Positions 8,644-17,241 of a DNA stretch of 64,000 nucleotides are shown in pieces (the first letter of the stretch is position 1; each line of letters begins with the position of its first letter). The notes under the pieces are model-generated. The model worked only from the letters and a program-made list of their open reading frames with translations, was not told the origin of the DNA and did no database searches. Where the stretch lies: the NCBI GenBank assembly GCA_015233115.1, contig JADFYJ010000005.1, positions 22,359-86,358 of the forward strand, written 5' to 3'. The translations under genes were made by a program, and so were the position numbers. Source of the DNA: Candidatus Omnitrophota bacterium. GTDB taxonomy: Bacteria > Omnitrophota > Gorgyraeia > Zapsychrales > Zapsychraceae.

Positions 8644-9645
8644 TTACAAAATTACCATAGCATCCCCATAACTGAAAAATCTGTACTTCTCTTTGATGGC
8701 TTCCTGGTATGCTTGACGAATCAGGTCGGTTCCGGCTAACGCGCAGACTAGCATTAATAATGTGCTTTTGGGTAAATGGAAATTCGTAATTAAACCGTCC
8801 AGTATTTTAAATTCACACCCGGGATACAAAAATATATCTGTTGAGCCAGTAAGTTTACCACATCTTGCTACAGATTCAAGTACTCGTCCGCTAGTTGTGC
8901 CTACGGCGATAATTTTATGCCCCTCTGCTTTTTTAGCAGTAATCATTTTCCAAACGGCAGGTGTTAAAAAATATTCTTCAATATGCATTTTATGTTGTGT
9001 GATATCTGCGACATCTACGGGTTTAAATGTACCATATCCGACGTGCAAAGTCACCCGTTCTAAGCTGTGCCCCTGCGTTCTAAGCTGTTCTAGAAGTCTA
9101 TTCGTAAAATGTAATCCGGCAGTCGGCGCGGCTAATGATCCATCATGCTTCGCATAAACTGTTTGATAATATTTTCGATCTTCAGCCCGGTCTTCATGGT
9201 GAATGTATGGCGGAAGTGGAATGTGTCCAATTTTCTCCAGCCGTTTAATGATGTGGGGGAAGTTAAAACGAACCAGGCGATTGTCTTTATTGACTACAGT
9301 CGCGATGATCCCATCTTTGAAAAAAAGTTCTTCGCCTTCTTTCAATCGCCGAGTCGGGCGCATTAATACTTCAAAAGTCCAGTCATCAACTTGATGAAGC
9401 AAAAATATTTCCGCTTCACCGCCGGTTTGCCTCTTGGTCAAAAGACGGGCAGGAATAACCTTACTGTCATTCAGCACTAAAACTGACTTAGGCGGGAGAT
9501 ATTTTTCTATGTGGGAAAAATAATCATGCCGAATCGTTCCAGCTTTACGGTCAACGACCATTAAACGAGCCTGATCCCGTCTGTGCAAAGGATGCTGGGC
9601 AATCAATTCTTCCGGCAAATCATAATCAAAGTCACTTAAACGCAT
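8644..9645 (-). CDS. queA: S-adenosylmethionine:tRNA ribosyltransferase-isomerase
   Basis: 333-aa ORF beginning MRLSDFDYDLPEELIAQHPL, the canonical QueA N-terminus. Adjacent to tgt. Confidence 0.9.
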   Translation of the reverse strand: MRLSDFDYDLPEELIAQHPLHRRDQARLMVVDRKAGTIRHDYFSHIEKYLPPKSVLVLNDSKVIPARLLTKRQTGGEAEIFLLHQVDDWTFEVLMRPTRRLKEGEELFFKDGIIATVVNKDNRLVRFNFPHIIKRLEKIGHIPLPPYIHHEDRAEDRKYYQTVYAKHDGSLAAPTAGLHFTNRLLEQLRTQGHSLERVTLHVGYGTFKPVDVADITQHKMHIEEYFLTPAVWKMITAKKAEGHKIIAVGTTSGRVLESVARCGKLTGSTDIFLYPGCEFKILDGLITNFHLPKSTLLMLVCALAGTDLIRQAYQEAIKEKYRFFSYGDAMVIL

Positions 9646-9656
9646 ATGATCCTGGT

Positions 9657-10163
9657 CTAAATGAGTTTTTTCAGTTCCGCAAAAACCGTATCAAAATTCG
9701 GCGAATCCGTCAATTCTTTAACCAATTGCACATAACGGACTTTATTCGTTTTATCAACGATCAAAACAGAACGCGCGGTTAAAGCCAATTCCTTAATCAG
9801 CAAACCATATTTAATAGAAAAATCCGATGATTGATAATCAGACAATACCTCCACGCCGCTGATCCCTTGTGCCGCGCAAAAACGTTTTTGGGCAAACGGC
9901 AAATCTTTGCTAATCCCCAAAATCACCACATCTTTGGATAAACCAGCCGCCCGCTTGTTAAATTCACGAACCTGCAAATCACACACCGGCGTATCAATTG
10001 ACGGAAAAGTCGTAATAACTTTTATTTTCCCCGCGTAATCTTTTAACGAACGCTTCTGCAGATCGCCATTAACCACCGCAAAATCAAGCGCCGCATCTCC
10101 CACTTTAACTAAATTCCCGTCCAAATTTAACGGCCCGCCTTTAAAAGTAATTTGAGTGCCCAT
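9657..10163 (-). CDS. tpx: Thiol peroxidase (atypical 2-Cys peroxiredoxin)
   Basis: 168-aa ORF with FPSIDTPVCDLQVREF peroxidatic Cys context and overall Tpx length. Confidence 0.8.
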   Translation of the reverse strand: MGTQITFKGGPLNLDGNLVKVGDAALDFAVVNGDLQKRSLKDYAGKIKVITTFPSIDTPVCDLQVREFNKRAAGLSKDVVILGISKDLPFAQKRFCAAQGISGVEVLSDYQSSDFSIKYGLLIKELALTARSVLIVDKTNKVRYVQLVKELTDSPNFDTVFAELKKLI

Positions 10164-10211
10164 AATTATCCCCTATCTTGACTGATTTTTTAAAAAATAA
10201 CATATCGTTTT

Positions 10212-10240
10212 GTAGGGGCGATCTCCTGATCGCCCGCTAC
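10212..10240. repeat. 29-nt GC-rich REP-like palindrome, copy A (GTAGGGGCGATCTCCTGATCGCCCGCTAC)
   Basis: 8-bp stem GGGCGATC/GATCGCCC with a 4-nt loop. An inverted copy lies at 10312-10340 and a third at 38414-38446. Stands out as GC-rich in an AT-rich intergenic region. Confidence 0.7.
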
Positions 10241-10311
10241 AAGATATTCGCTTTTTTATTTTTATATAACAAACGAAAAACACCTGAATATTAAATTTAT
10301 AAATCTTTTAT

Positions 10312-10340
10312 AGTGCGGGCGATCAGGAGATCGCCCCTAC
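10312..10340. repeat. 29-nt GC-rich REP-like palindrome, copy B (inverted relative to copy A, 70 nt away)
   Basis: AGTGCGGGCGATCAGGAGATCGCCCCTAC is the exact reverse complement of copy A. Sits just 3' of the mscS stop, so a terminator role is possible. Confidence 0.7.
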
Positions 10341-10351
10341 AACCGAGTCTT

Positions 10352-11167
10352 TCACTTCTCACTTTTATTTTTTATATGTATTTCCCTCTGCGGATAGGGC
10401 AGAGTGATTCCATTTTTTTCTAATTCGATTTTTGCCCGTTCCGTTATATCAAACAAAACCGCCCAATAATTGCTGGGTTTGGCCCAAGGACGGCACACGA
10501 GATTTACACTGCTTTCCGCTAATTCTGATACAGCTACCATTGGCGCCGGATCTTTTAAAACATTAGGGTTGGACAACATAACCTGCATTAAAATATCTTT
10601 AGCTAATTTTATATTATCATTATACGAAATCCCGAATACCATATCAATACGACGATAAGGAACTGCGCTCAAATTCACAATATTATCATTAATAATCTTG
10701 GAATTCGGTACCATGACATGCTGATTATCAGCTGTCGCGATCAAGGTATTAAAAATTTTTATTTCTTTAACTTCACCGGTAACCCCGCCAGCCTGAACCG
10801 CATCCCCGAGACGAAAAGGCTTTAAAATAATAATCATCACACCAGCCGCAAAATTGGATAATGATCCCTGCAATGCTAAACCGATCGCTAAACCTGCGGC
10901 ACCGACGATTGCGACGATCGAAGTGGTCTGCACGCCCAATTGATTCAAAGCCGCGATAATCACAAATGCTAAAATACCAAAATAAACCAATTCTTTTAAA
11001 AATGAAATCAGCGTGGCATCCAGGTTAGAGCGACGCATAACTTTTTCTAAAAACCGCGCAATGACTCTGGCCAAAATTTTACCGATCAAAAATATGACCA
11101 GCGCCCAAACTAAATTGACTCCGTATTTCAAACCAAATTCATTAACCATATCCCAATTAAAACTCAT
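10352..11167 (-). CDS. mscS: Small-conductance mechanosensitive channel (MscS family)
   Basis: 271-aa ORF with three N-terminal TM helices and the conserved MscS beta-domain ...LGDAVQAGGVTGEVKEIKIFNTLIATADNQHVMVPNSKI. Confidence 0.8.
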   Translation of the reverse strand: MSFNWDMVNEFGLKYGVNLVWALVIFLIGKILARVIARFLEKVMRRSNLDATLISFLKELVYFGILAFVIIAALNQLGVQTTSIVAIVGAAGLAIGLALQGSLSNFAAGVMIIILKPFRLGDAVQAGGVTGEVKEIKIFNTLIATADNQHVMVPNSKIINDNIVNLSAVPYRRIDMVFGISYNDNIKLAKDILMQVMLSNPNVLKDPAPMVAVSELAESSVNLVCRPWAKPSNYWAVLFDITERAKIELEKNGITLPYPQREIHIKNKSEK

Positions 11168-11172
11168 ATTAT

Positions 11173-11661
11173 TTATCCTTTGAGGCCTTGTTTATCTATT
11201 CTAAATCCAAATTGCCAGTATTCGCATTTTACCTTTGCGTTCTCGGTAATCTTGATATCTACTTCGTCATCTTCGCGAATCAGCCCGTGCCATATTCCTT
11301 TAAACAATATAACTGGCTTATCCAAAGAAAAACACTCAATTTTTTTAAAATCCTGTTCACGGCTTACAAAAAATAATGCCTTTCCTTTTACCGGTTCAAA
11401 AGTCTCGTCCGAATCCGGATGGCATTCCATTCTGCCGATCGTGCGGTCGCGCAAAACCAAATACGCCACCCGCCAGCCAGTCTTGGCTTCTGAGGTATGC
11501 ACAATCCGCCATAAATTCCGCTTATCACCCTTCTTTTCTCTAAGGGGATAATCAATGATCCGCCCATATTTTCGGAAATTTACTGAATTAATCGATAGAA
11601 TTTTTAACTCATTATTTATCTGTACCATATGCAAATTTCGTGTCCCCCGAATTTCTAACAC
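11173..11661 (-). CDS. Hypothetical protein, possibly cupin-like
   Basis: 162-aa ORF with no confident family assignment. Has a 6-nt gap to mscS, so probably co-transcribed. Confidence 0.35.
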   Translation of the reverse strand: MLEIRGTRNLHMVQINNELKILSINSVNFRKYGRIIDYPLREKKGDKRNLWRIVHTSEAKTGWRVAYLVLRDRTIGRMECHPDSDETFEPVKGKALFFVSREQDFKKIECFSLDKPVILFKGIWHGLIREDDEVDIKITENAKVKCEYWQFGFRIDKQGLKG

Positions 11662-11671
11662 TGTTGATTAC

Positions 11672-12694
11672 TTATTTCGTTACCGCTGAAATATGCTGTG
11701 CCATGTCCTTAACACGAACATACCATAGCTTCCCCTTTTTTAGAGCCTTGAGTTCGCCACGGTTTATCAAGTTGCGAAGGTAATCCTGGGAATAATCATA
11801 AAGCTGAGCCAAATCACGCAAAGGAATAACTGCATCCTTGCTTATACTTTTTGTCTTTCCTGTCTTCATGCGCTTGATACTTTCAACCAAACGCCCAAGA
11901 ACAATTTTTTTAAGCTCGGAGAGCGGTTTATCAGTCACAATAGCATCAAGCTGCTCGAGCGACAACTTCTTCCCTTTTTCAATCCTCCGGCTGATCTCCT
12001 CAAAACAATCATCCCCCTGCTCTAAGGCACTGTAATAAAGGTCACGATCCAACTTTGAAAAACCCTTGATCGCAATATTCAGATGCCCGCTACCTATAAG
12101 AATGTAGTTTAGTAAAATACGACCAGCACGGCCATTACTATCTCTGAAAGGATGAATTGTTTCAAACCAGGTATGCGTTAAAGCTGCCACTGTTATAGGC
12201 GAATACTTGGACAGTTTCAAATGCCTATTAGTCCAGCGAACCATCAAGTCTACAGCTTCACGAATATAAAAGTGATCAACAGGCTTAAACTTCGACTGCG
12301 TGACTTCGGCCGTCATCTTGCGAAAATCCCCGATCTCACCTATATAACTCCCGAGCTCCTTTTCATACCGCATGAGGAGCGTATGGATCTGTTTTACGTC
12401 AGCCATCCTCAGGCAAAACTCACCCTCAAGCCACTGATTGTAGGCATATTCGTAGATCGTGCTCGCCGCTTCAAAATATCCCAGAATAGCGGCCGCCTTT
12501 TCCTTATTGGTCCGGCTATTATGTTCCAGAACATCAATCAACTCCTGTCGGTTGGCAAAAACCCCTTCCATAGCGATAGAGTTACGAATTTCCTCCCGGA
12601 ACAGCGAATACCATTCTGCATTCTGGACCGTTACAAGCCGTCCATCGCCGGACCGAAGCGCAGCAATAGCTTTCTTCAGACTCTTTTCATCCAT
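11672..12694 (-). CDS. Fic/Doc-family protein (AMPylator-type) with C-terminal helix-turn-helix
   Basis: Fic motif HPFRDSNGRAGR (HPFx[DE]GNGR core). C-terminal excisionase-like HTH ...DYLRNLINRGELKALKKGKLWYVRVKDM. Start taken at the second in-frame ATG (12692-12694) because AGGAG lies 9 nt upstream. The track start at 12703 has the SD abutting the ATG. Confidence 0.8.
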   Translation of the reverse strand: MDEKSLKKAIAALRSGDGRLVTVQNAEWYSLFREEIRNSIAMEGVFANRQELIDVLEHNSRTNKEKAAAILGYFEAASTIYEYAYNQWLEGEFCLRMADVKQIHTLLMRYEKELGSYIGEIGDFRKMTAEVTQSKFKPVDHFYIREAVDLMVRWTNRHLKLSKYSPITVAALTHTWFETIHPFRDSNGRAGRILLNYILIGSGHLNIAIKGFSKLDRDLYYSALEQGDDCFEEISRRIEKGKKLSLEQLDAIVTDKPLSELKKIVLGRLVESIKRMKTGKTKSISKDAVIPLRDLAQLYDYSQDYLRNLINRGELKALKKGKLWYVRVKDMAQHISAVTK

Positions 12695-12710
12695 AAACAC
12701 CATCTCCTAT

Positions 12711-12919
12711 TTGCGAACCCCCGCAGCTGGTTCGGAAATAATATACCACATTATCGTCGATATGCAAATAGAAATTTTATAAATATTCCGAACTTTCCGA
12801 ACCAATACATCGCGCCCCACACTTCACTTTCCGAACCACCAATAAAGGTTCGGAAATAAAATAATATTATTCGACAATATATAAAATTTTTCTTATAACT
12901 TTTGCGAATTTTTCGAACC
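12711..12919. promoter_or_regulatory. Array of operator-like repeats: two 29-nt palindromes TTTSCGAACC-N9-GGTTCGGAAA (12711-12739, 12828-12856) plus tandem half-sites (12785-12803, 12901-12919)
   Basis: Read directly: TTTGCGAACCcccgcagctGGTTCGGAAA and TTTCCGAACCaccaataaaGGTTCGGAAA, then aTTCCGAACtTTCCGAACC and TTTGCGAATtTTTCGAACC. All lie between the divergent Fic gene and a plus-strand small ORF. Confidence 0.5.
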
Positions 12920-12933
12920 TAAACAAGGAGGAC

Positions 12934-13008
12934 ATGCAAACCTTAATTGACAAACTAATGAAAAATAAATGGCGTTTTCGTCAAGGCCTTGAATGGTATA
13001 GCTGGTAG
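12934..13008 (+). CDS. 24-aa small ORF MQTLIDKLMKNKWRFRQGLEWYSW with perfect Shine-Dalgarno (AAGGAGG, 6-nt spacer), divergent from Fic
   Basis: Not in the ORF track (too short). Has ATG, a strong RBS and an in-frame TAG, and is followed by a hairpin plus T-run at 13049-13076. Coding status not provable from sequence alone. Confidence 0.35.
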   Translation: MQTLIDKLMKNKWRFRQGLEWYSW

Positions 13009-13048
13009 TGTTGCCGGCTGGGATTTCTTACGGGATCAGAGGAGACGA

Positions 13049-13076
13049 AATAGGGCGCTGTCCCCTATTCTTTTAT
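13049..13076 (+). terminator. Rho-independent terminator for the small plus-strand ORF
   Basis: AATAGGGcgctgtCCCTATT followed by CTTTTAT. Confidence 0.5.
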
Positions 13077-13078
13077 AA

Positions 13079-13116
13079 ATCAATAGTGACAGGCATCGAT
13101 GCCTGTCACTATTGAT
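13079..13116 (-). terminator. Perfect 38-nt palindrome ATCAATAGTGACAGGCATCGATGCCTGTCACTATTGAT, likely terminator of the FadL-like gene (convergent terminator pair)
   Basis: Located 20 nt past the stop of the minus-strand OMP gene. On the minus strand it is followed by TTATAAAAGAATAG (U/A-rich). Confidence 0.5.
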
Positions 13117-13135
13117 TTAACCCTATTGCCTCTGA

Positions 13136-14422
13136 TTAAAAATCCCAAGTCAAAGAACCCATGCCAAACTGGGCAAAGGTCTTATATGTGCCTGCTATGT
13201 TAGCATCGGTATCTGTAATCTTCCTCGGCTGGAAGATTCTCGTAACATATGCTAAATCAAAAGATAAATTGTTGGTCAATTTAATTCCCGTCCCAACTGT
13301 TACACAACTGCTATTAGAATCAGCCAGCCATAAAGGATAATTTGTCTTATTAACCGGACTGGGGAAATACGCATATCCCATTCTCATAGCCCACCGGTCT
13401 GTTACCCAATATTCCGTACCGATTCCGCCGGATATTGTATCTTTAAAATGCAAAGAAGTCGAAGCGCCAATGTTGCTTAAAAGCCCGTTAGAATAATCAT
13501 TGGGGTCAACATAATTTATCGCGCTTTGACGCACAGACGACCAATTCATCCACTCCACATCCGCATTGATTCTCCATTTTTCTGTGGGACGGAAGCTATA
13601 ACCTAACGTCACACTTTGCGGTAATTTCATTTTTGAAGATATTTCCGTTTCATAATTTGTCTTACCGCCAAAAAGAGCCATACCTGCGTAGCCACCTAAA
13701 TTATCCAAGTACAATTTACCGTGCATATCCAATTGAATCGGACTACGGTAAACTAAACCAATTTGATTCTGATCATTAATTTTAAATAAGCCAGAGATGT
13801 GATACCCCATCCCGTCATTATCTTTTCCCTTGGCCTCAATATTGCCATTTCCACCTGCAAGATTATCAAACTTTACAGTTTTATTGATTCTGGACATTTC
13901 AAAATCAAATCCAGCACCCAGAGAAAACCGTTCCGTAACTTTCACCCCTATAGCGGCAATAGCTGTAGAGTCAACCATATCAGTTTTTATTGCTTTATAT
14001 TTCGCAAAACTGTTATCTGCCCATTCTGTTCCCAGACCCCAAGTTGAAACAACCCCAAATCCGAATGCCACACGGTCATTTTTCATTTTATCCGCGAAGA
14101 AGAAATGCGGAATGGTGAACTCTTTTACTTTTCCGGCAGAATCTTCCTGACCAGCAGCAGAGGAATGATAATGTTGGCGCAATTGTAAAGCAGTCGCACC
14201 TAGCTGTATATGACGGCCTTCATTGAGTTGAGTTAAACCTGCGGGATTGTAATAAACTGCGGATGGAGTGTCGGCTTCGCCTGCAAACGCGAAACCCATG
14301 CTTTCGGCTTTTGGATCAACCACTTGCGCATTATACCCGCCTGATCCTGCGGCCATTGCGGGACTTACCATAGATAATATCCCACCCAACAAAAAAAGAA
14401 CAAACAGTATCGCCTTGTTCAC
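13136..14422 (-). CDS. Outer-membrane beta-barrel transporter, FadL/OmpP1 family
   Basis: 428-aa ORF with signal peptide MNKAILFVLFLLGGILSMVSPAMAAG. Ends in a C-terminal aromatic residue (...LTWDF) typical of OM beta-barrels. Glycine/aromatic alternation throughout. Confidence 0.65.
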   Translation of the reverse strand: MNKAILFVLFLLGGILSMVSPAMAAGSGGYNAQVVDPKAESMGFAFAGEADTPSAVYYNPAGLTQLNEGRHIQLGATALQLRQHYHSSAAGQEDSAGKVKEFTIPHFFFADKMKNDRVAFGFGVVSTWGLGTEWADNSFAKYKAIKTDMVDSTAIAAIGVKVTERFSLGAGFDFEMSRINKTVKFDNLAGGNGNIEAKGKDNDGMGYHISGLFKINDQNQIGLVYRSPIQLDMHGKLYLDNLGGYAGMALFGGKTNYETEISSKMKLPQSVTLGYSFRPTEKWRINADVEWMNWSSVRQSAINYVDPNDYSNGLLSNIGASTSLHFKDTISGGIGTEYWVTDRWAMRMGYAYFPSPVNKTNYPLWLADSNSSCVTVGTGIKLTNNLSFDLAYVTRIFQPRKITDTDANIAGTYKTFAQFGMGSLTWDF

Positions 14423-14511
14423 TTTCTCCCCCCCTTGTTATTTTGTTCAAAAGTGAAATACGCTTTTATTATATATGGTAAATTGCATTTACCAAATAAA
14501 ATTCTATTTTT

Positions 14512-15942
14512 TTACATTAAGCTTTTGTAGACACCTAAGGTGTGATCGGCTATAACATCCCAGGAGAAATCTTTTTCTGCAGCATAGCGGCCATTTTTTC
14601 CCATCCACCTGCCATGTTCAAAACCAGCGAATAATGATCCAACGCCCCACGCCACTGAATCAGGGTTAGGATGAATTTTAAATCCGCTCACATCATGCCA
14701 TACAATTTCTGAAGGCCCACCAATATTGGTCGCGATAACTGGTTTGCCAGCACTCCATGCTTCCAATATAACAATACCAAAAGGTTCATTACGGCTAGGC
14801 ACACAAACACAATCGCAGGCTTTGTAAAGATCTCTTAAGCCCCACGCATTTTGCTGTCCTAAGAAACGGCAAGCATGGCCAACTCCTAATTGATGCGCTC
14901 TGCGTTCCACTGATCCACGTAAATTACCATCACCCGCAAAAACGAATTTAGCGTTTGAATAAGAACGTAAAATCATGGGAATAGCTTCAACTAAAATATC
15001 CGGACCTTTTTGCTGGGTCATACGTCCCACAAAGAGCACCATAGGATCCATCGGAGCAATAGAATAGCGCATTTTAACTCCACCCGCATCAACGTGAACA
15101 TCATAAAATGTAGGATTTACTCCATTATATACCACATTGACTTTATGGTCTGGCAAATTATACATCCACTGAACTTCCCCTTTAGTCGCATAGGATACAG
15201 CTATGACTTTGTCCGCACAAAATGTTCCATTACGCTCGTGATCCCGGATTCGAGCTGACGGCCCGGCATAAAAATTATTACCGCAGCGTCCATATTCAGT
15301 TGAATGCATAGTCATAATACCCCGTCTGCCGCGGCCTTGTTTAATCCATACCATGGCATTAGATGCTAGCCAATCATGTGCGTGAACTATATCAAAATGC
15401 GCACCCATGTAATCTTCAGTATGAAAAACAGAGCCCACAAAAGCCCGGCACATATTATTAATATCTTCAATAAAATCACTATGCGGGCCATACGGAACCC
15501 TATGGTAATGAACACCATCGATCAATTGGTATTGCAAATGACCAGGATAAGCCATACGGGTATAAACGTGAACTTCATGGCCTTTGCGTTCTAAAGCGCA
15601 AGCTAATTCAGTCACATGGTTAGCTACCCCTCCAACACTAATCGAATGCAGAGTTTCCCAAGACAATAAAGCCACACGTAGCGGATTAACCTTTGGCTTA
15701 ACTTCAACTATTTCAGGTATTTGAGGAGCTTGCGGCTGTGCTTCTTCAATGCGGCTGATCATTTCTTCAATGATCGTTTCATCCTGCTTTTTGAGCAAAT
15801 CTTCTATGATGGCAGAAGCGCTATCCACAGTTTCATGGTCAGCAATCTCTGGAAGTTGTTTTATTTCAAGAACTTCCTCAGTCATTGTGATTCGTGAAAT
15901 CGCTTTCTTGTTATTTAAAGTAGATTCTTTTGCGGTTTTCAT
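14512..15942 (-). CDS. GT-B fold glycosyltransferase (GT4/GT5-like, glycogen/starch-synthase-like) with ~90-aa acidic N-terminal extension
   Basis: 476-aa ORF. Core begins LRVALLSWETLHSISVGGVANHV, with GT-B C-terminal block ...PSRNEPFGIVILEAWSAGKPVIATNIGGPSEIV. Confidence 0.6.
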   Translation of the reverse strand: MKTAKESTLNNKKAISRITMTEEVLEIKQLPEIADHETVDSASAIIEDLLKKQDETIIEEMISRIEEAQPQAPQIPEIVEVKPKVNPLRVALLSWETLHSISVGGVANHVTELACALERKGHEVHVYTRMAYPGHLQYQLIDGVHYHRVPYGPHSDFIEDINNMCRAFVGSVFHTEDYMGAHFDIVHAHDWLASNAMVWIKQGRGRRGIMTMHSTEYGRCGNNFYAGPSARIRDHERNGTFCADKVIAVSYATKGEVQWMYNLPDHKVNVVYNGVNPTFYDVHVDAGGVKMRYSIAPMDPMVLFVGRMTQQKGPDILVEAIPMILRSYSNAKFVFAGDGNLRGSVERRAHQLGVGHACRFLGQQNAWGLRDLYKACDCVCVPSRNEPFGIVILEAWSAGKPVIATNIGGPSEIVWHDVSGFKIHPNPDSVAWGVGSLFAGFEHGRWMGKNGRYAAEKDFSWDVIADHTLGVYKSLM

Positions 15943-16149
15943 AATAAGACCTTGGCACCCGGGTTCACAAATTTTTTAAATTTATATGTGTTCCAAGTTT
16001 ATATATTTCTGTGTGATATGGAAAATATAACACATGAAATCAATTTTGCAAAGAAATTATTTTTTGTACTGAGATGCCTATTTTATGTTAAGTAGCGTAA
16101 TCGACGGGAGTAAGACTTTAGGGAAATAAATAAGTGTAAAAAATATTTT

Positions 16150-16803
16150 TTATTTACACTTATCCAGCAAATTTTTAATTTCTTGAAGATTATCGCAACA
16201 ACGGGAAATTTTATCAAAATTAATTTCAGAAACATTCTTATGAAGGCTTAAATGAGAAAGATACACAACCGGAAATTGAAGTTTATTGCGAATTTTGTCC
16301 ACAATAGTTTCAATGTTAATGGTGGCGTAACGCAGTTTTTCCAAAAATTCTGAAATAGAATTTAAAGAAATTGAAATCCGCTGCATATCTTCCAGGGTAA
16401 TCACCGCTTCCTTATCCCTTTCCAAATAACTGCCAATGATAAGACTCATGATATTCAAATCATTTCCCAAATAATGCCCCATCAATTCTTTAACAGCCAA
16501 ATGCAAGCCTTTGCTTTCCTGAATGATTTTAACTAATTTAACATCATGGCTGTGCAAATGTTCAGGATAATAAATCTTACGGAAATGTTCAATCATCTTT
16601 GATACATAAATACCCATTTTTTCAAGGTCTGCCCTGCTCACCGATTCTTTGAGGTCTTGATAATATTCCAAGATAAAGCGGGTTGAGGTAAGATATTCAG
16701 ATATGACACTATAAATATACGCCCACATTTCTGTTGAAAGCGACACATGAGCAGCTTCAATTTCCGCGAATAATTCTTTTTCTTTCGGGTGTATATTAGC
16801 CAC
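16150..16803 (-). CDS. Hypothetical protein (possible His/Glu-rich metal-binding, hemerythrin-like?), downstream of a stand-alone receiver
   Basis: 217-aa ORF. His/Glu patches HFRKIYYPEHLHSHD and MGHYLGND. No confident family. Confidence 0.35.
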   Translation of the reverse strand: MANIHPKEKELFAEIEAAHVSLSTEMWAYIYSVISEYLTSTRFILEYYQDLKESVSRADLEKMGIYVSKMIEHFRKIYYPEHLHSHDVKLVKIIQESKGLHLAVKELMGHYLGNDLNIMSLIIGSYLERDKEAVITLEDMQRISISLNSISEFLEKLRYATINIETIVDKIRNKLQFPVVYLSHLSLHKNVSEINFDKISRCCDNLQEIKNLLDKCK

Positions 16804-16830
16804 GATAAACTTTTCGTTCTAGATTTACGA

Positions 16831-17229
16831 TTAATTAGCTGACTTTAAAACTTTTTCAACACACGCGTCCAAAGTTTCCATAAAATTTTTGAGTTCAATG
16901 GGTTTATGACAATATTTCTCAGCGCCCAAGTCTTTGGCTTTCTCGATAATGGCGTCTTCTTCCATGCGGGACACCATTAAACAAACTGCCTGTGGATTCA
17001 TTTTTTTAACTTCTTCCAAAACTTTTAATCCATCAATTTCGTATGAGCTTCCTAAAAAGACATCCAAAATGCAAATTTCACTTTTTTCTTTTTTATAATA
17101 TTCTAACGCTTCGTTAGGATTAGTCGTCGCGAAAACATTATATCCCTTACGCAACAGTATATTTTTGACAAAAAAAACGATTCCTTCTTCATCATCCAGA
17201 ACCATAATGCGTATTTGAGATCGATCCAT
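16831..17229 (-). CDS. Stand-alone response-regulator receiver domain (CheY-like)
   Basis: 132-aa ORF: MVLDDEEG...ICILDVFLG...KPIELKNF. Has the phospho-acceptor Asp context and the receiver K. No output domain. Confidence 0.8.
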   Translation of the reverse strand: MDRSQIRIMVLDDEEGIVFFVKNILLRKGYNVFATTNPNEALEYYKKEKSEICILDVFLGSSYEIDGLKVLEEVKKMNPQAVCLMVSRMEEDAIIEKAKDLGAEKYCHKPIELKNFMETLDACVEKVLKSAN

Positions 17230-17241
17230 ATTTTCTCCTTC

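Noticed and set aside
12729-12742. GGTTCGGAA-type sequence resembling a tRNA T-loop (GTTCRA).
   Set aside because: There is no acceptor-stem or anticodon-arm complementarity around it. It is one half of the palindromic operator repeated five or more times in this intergenic region.
12221-12859. 212-aa plus-strand ORF across the Fic gene and its promoter.
   Set aside because: - It is antisense to the well-supported Fic CDS (HPFRDSNGRAGR motif).
- It runs through the operator repeats.
- It has no start context.
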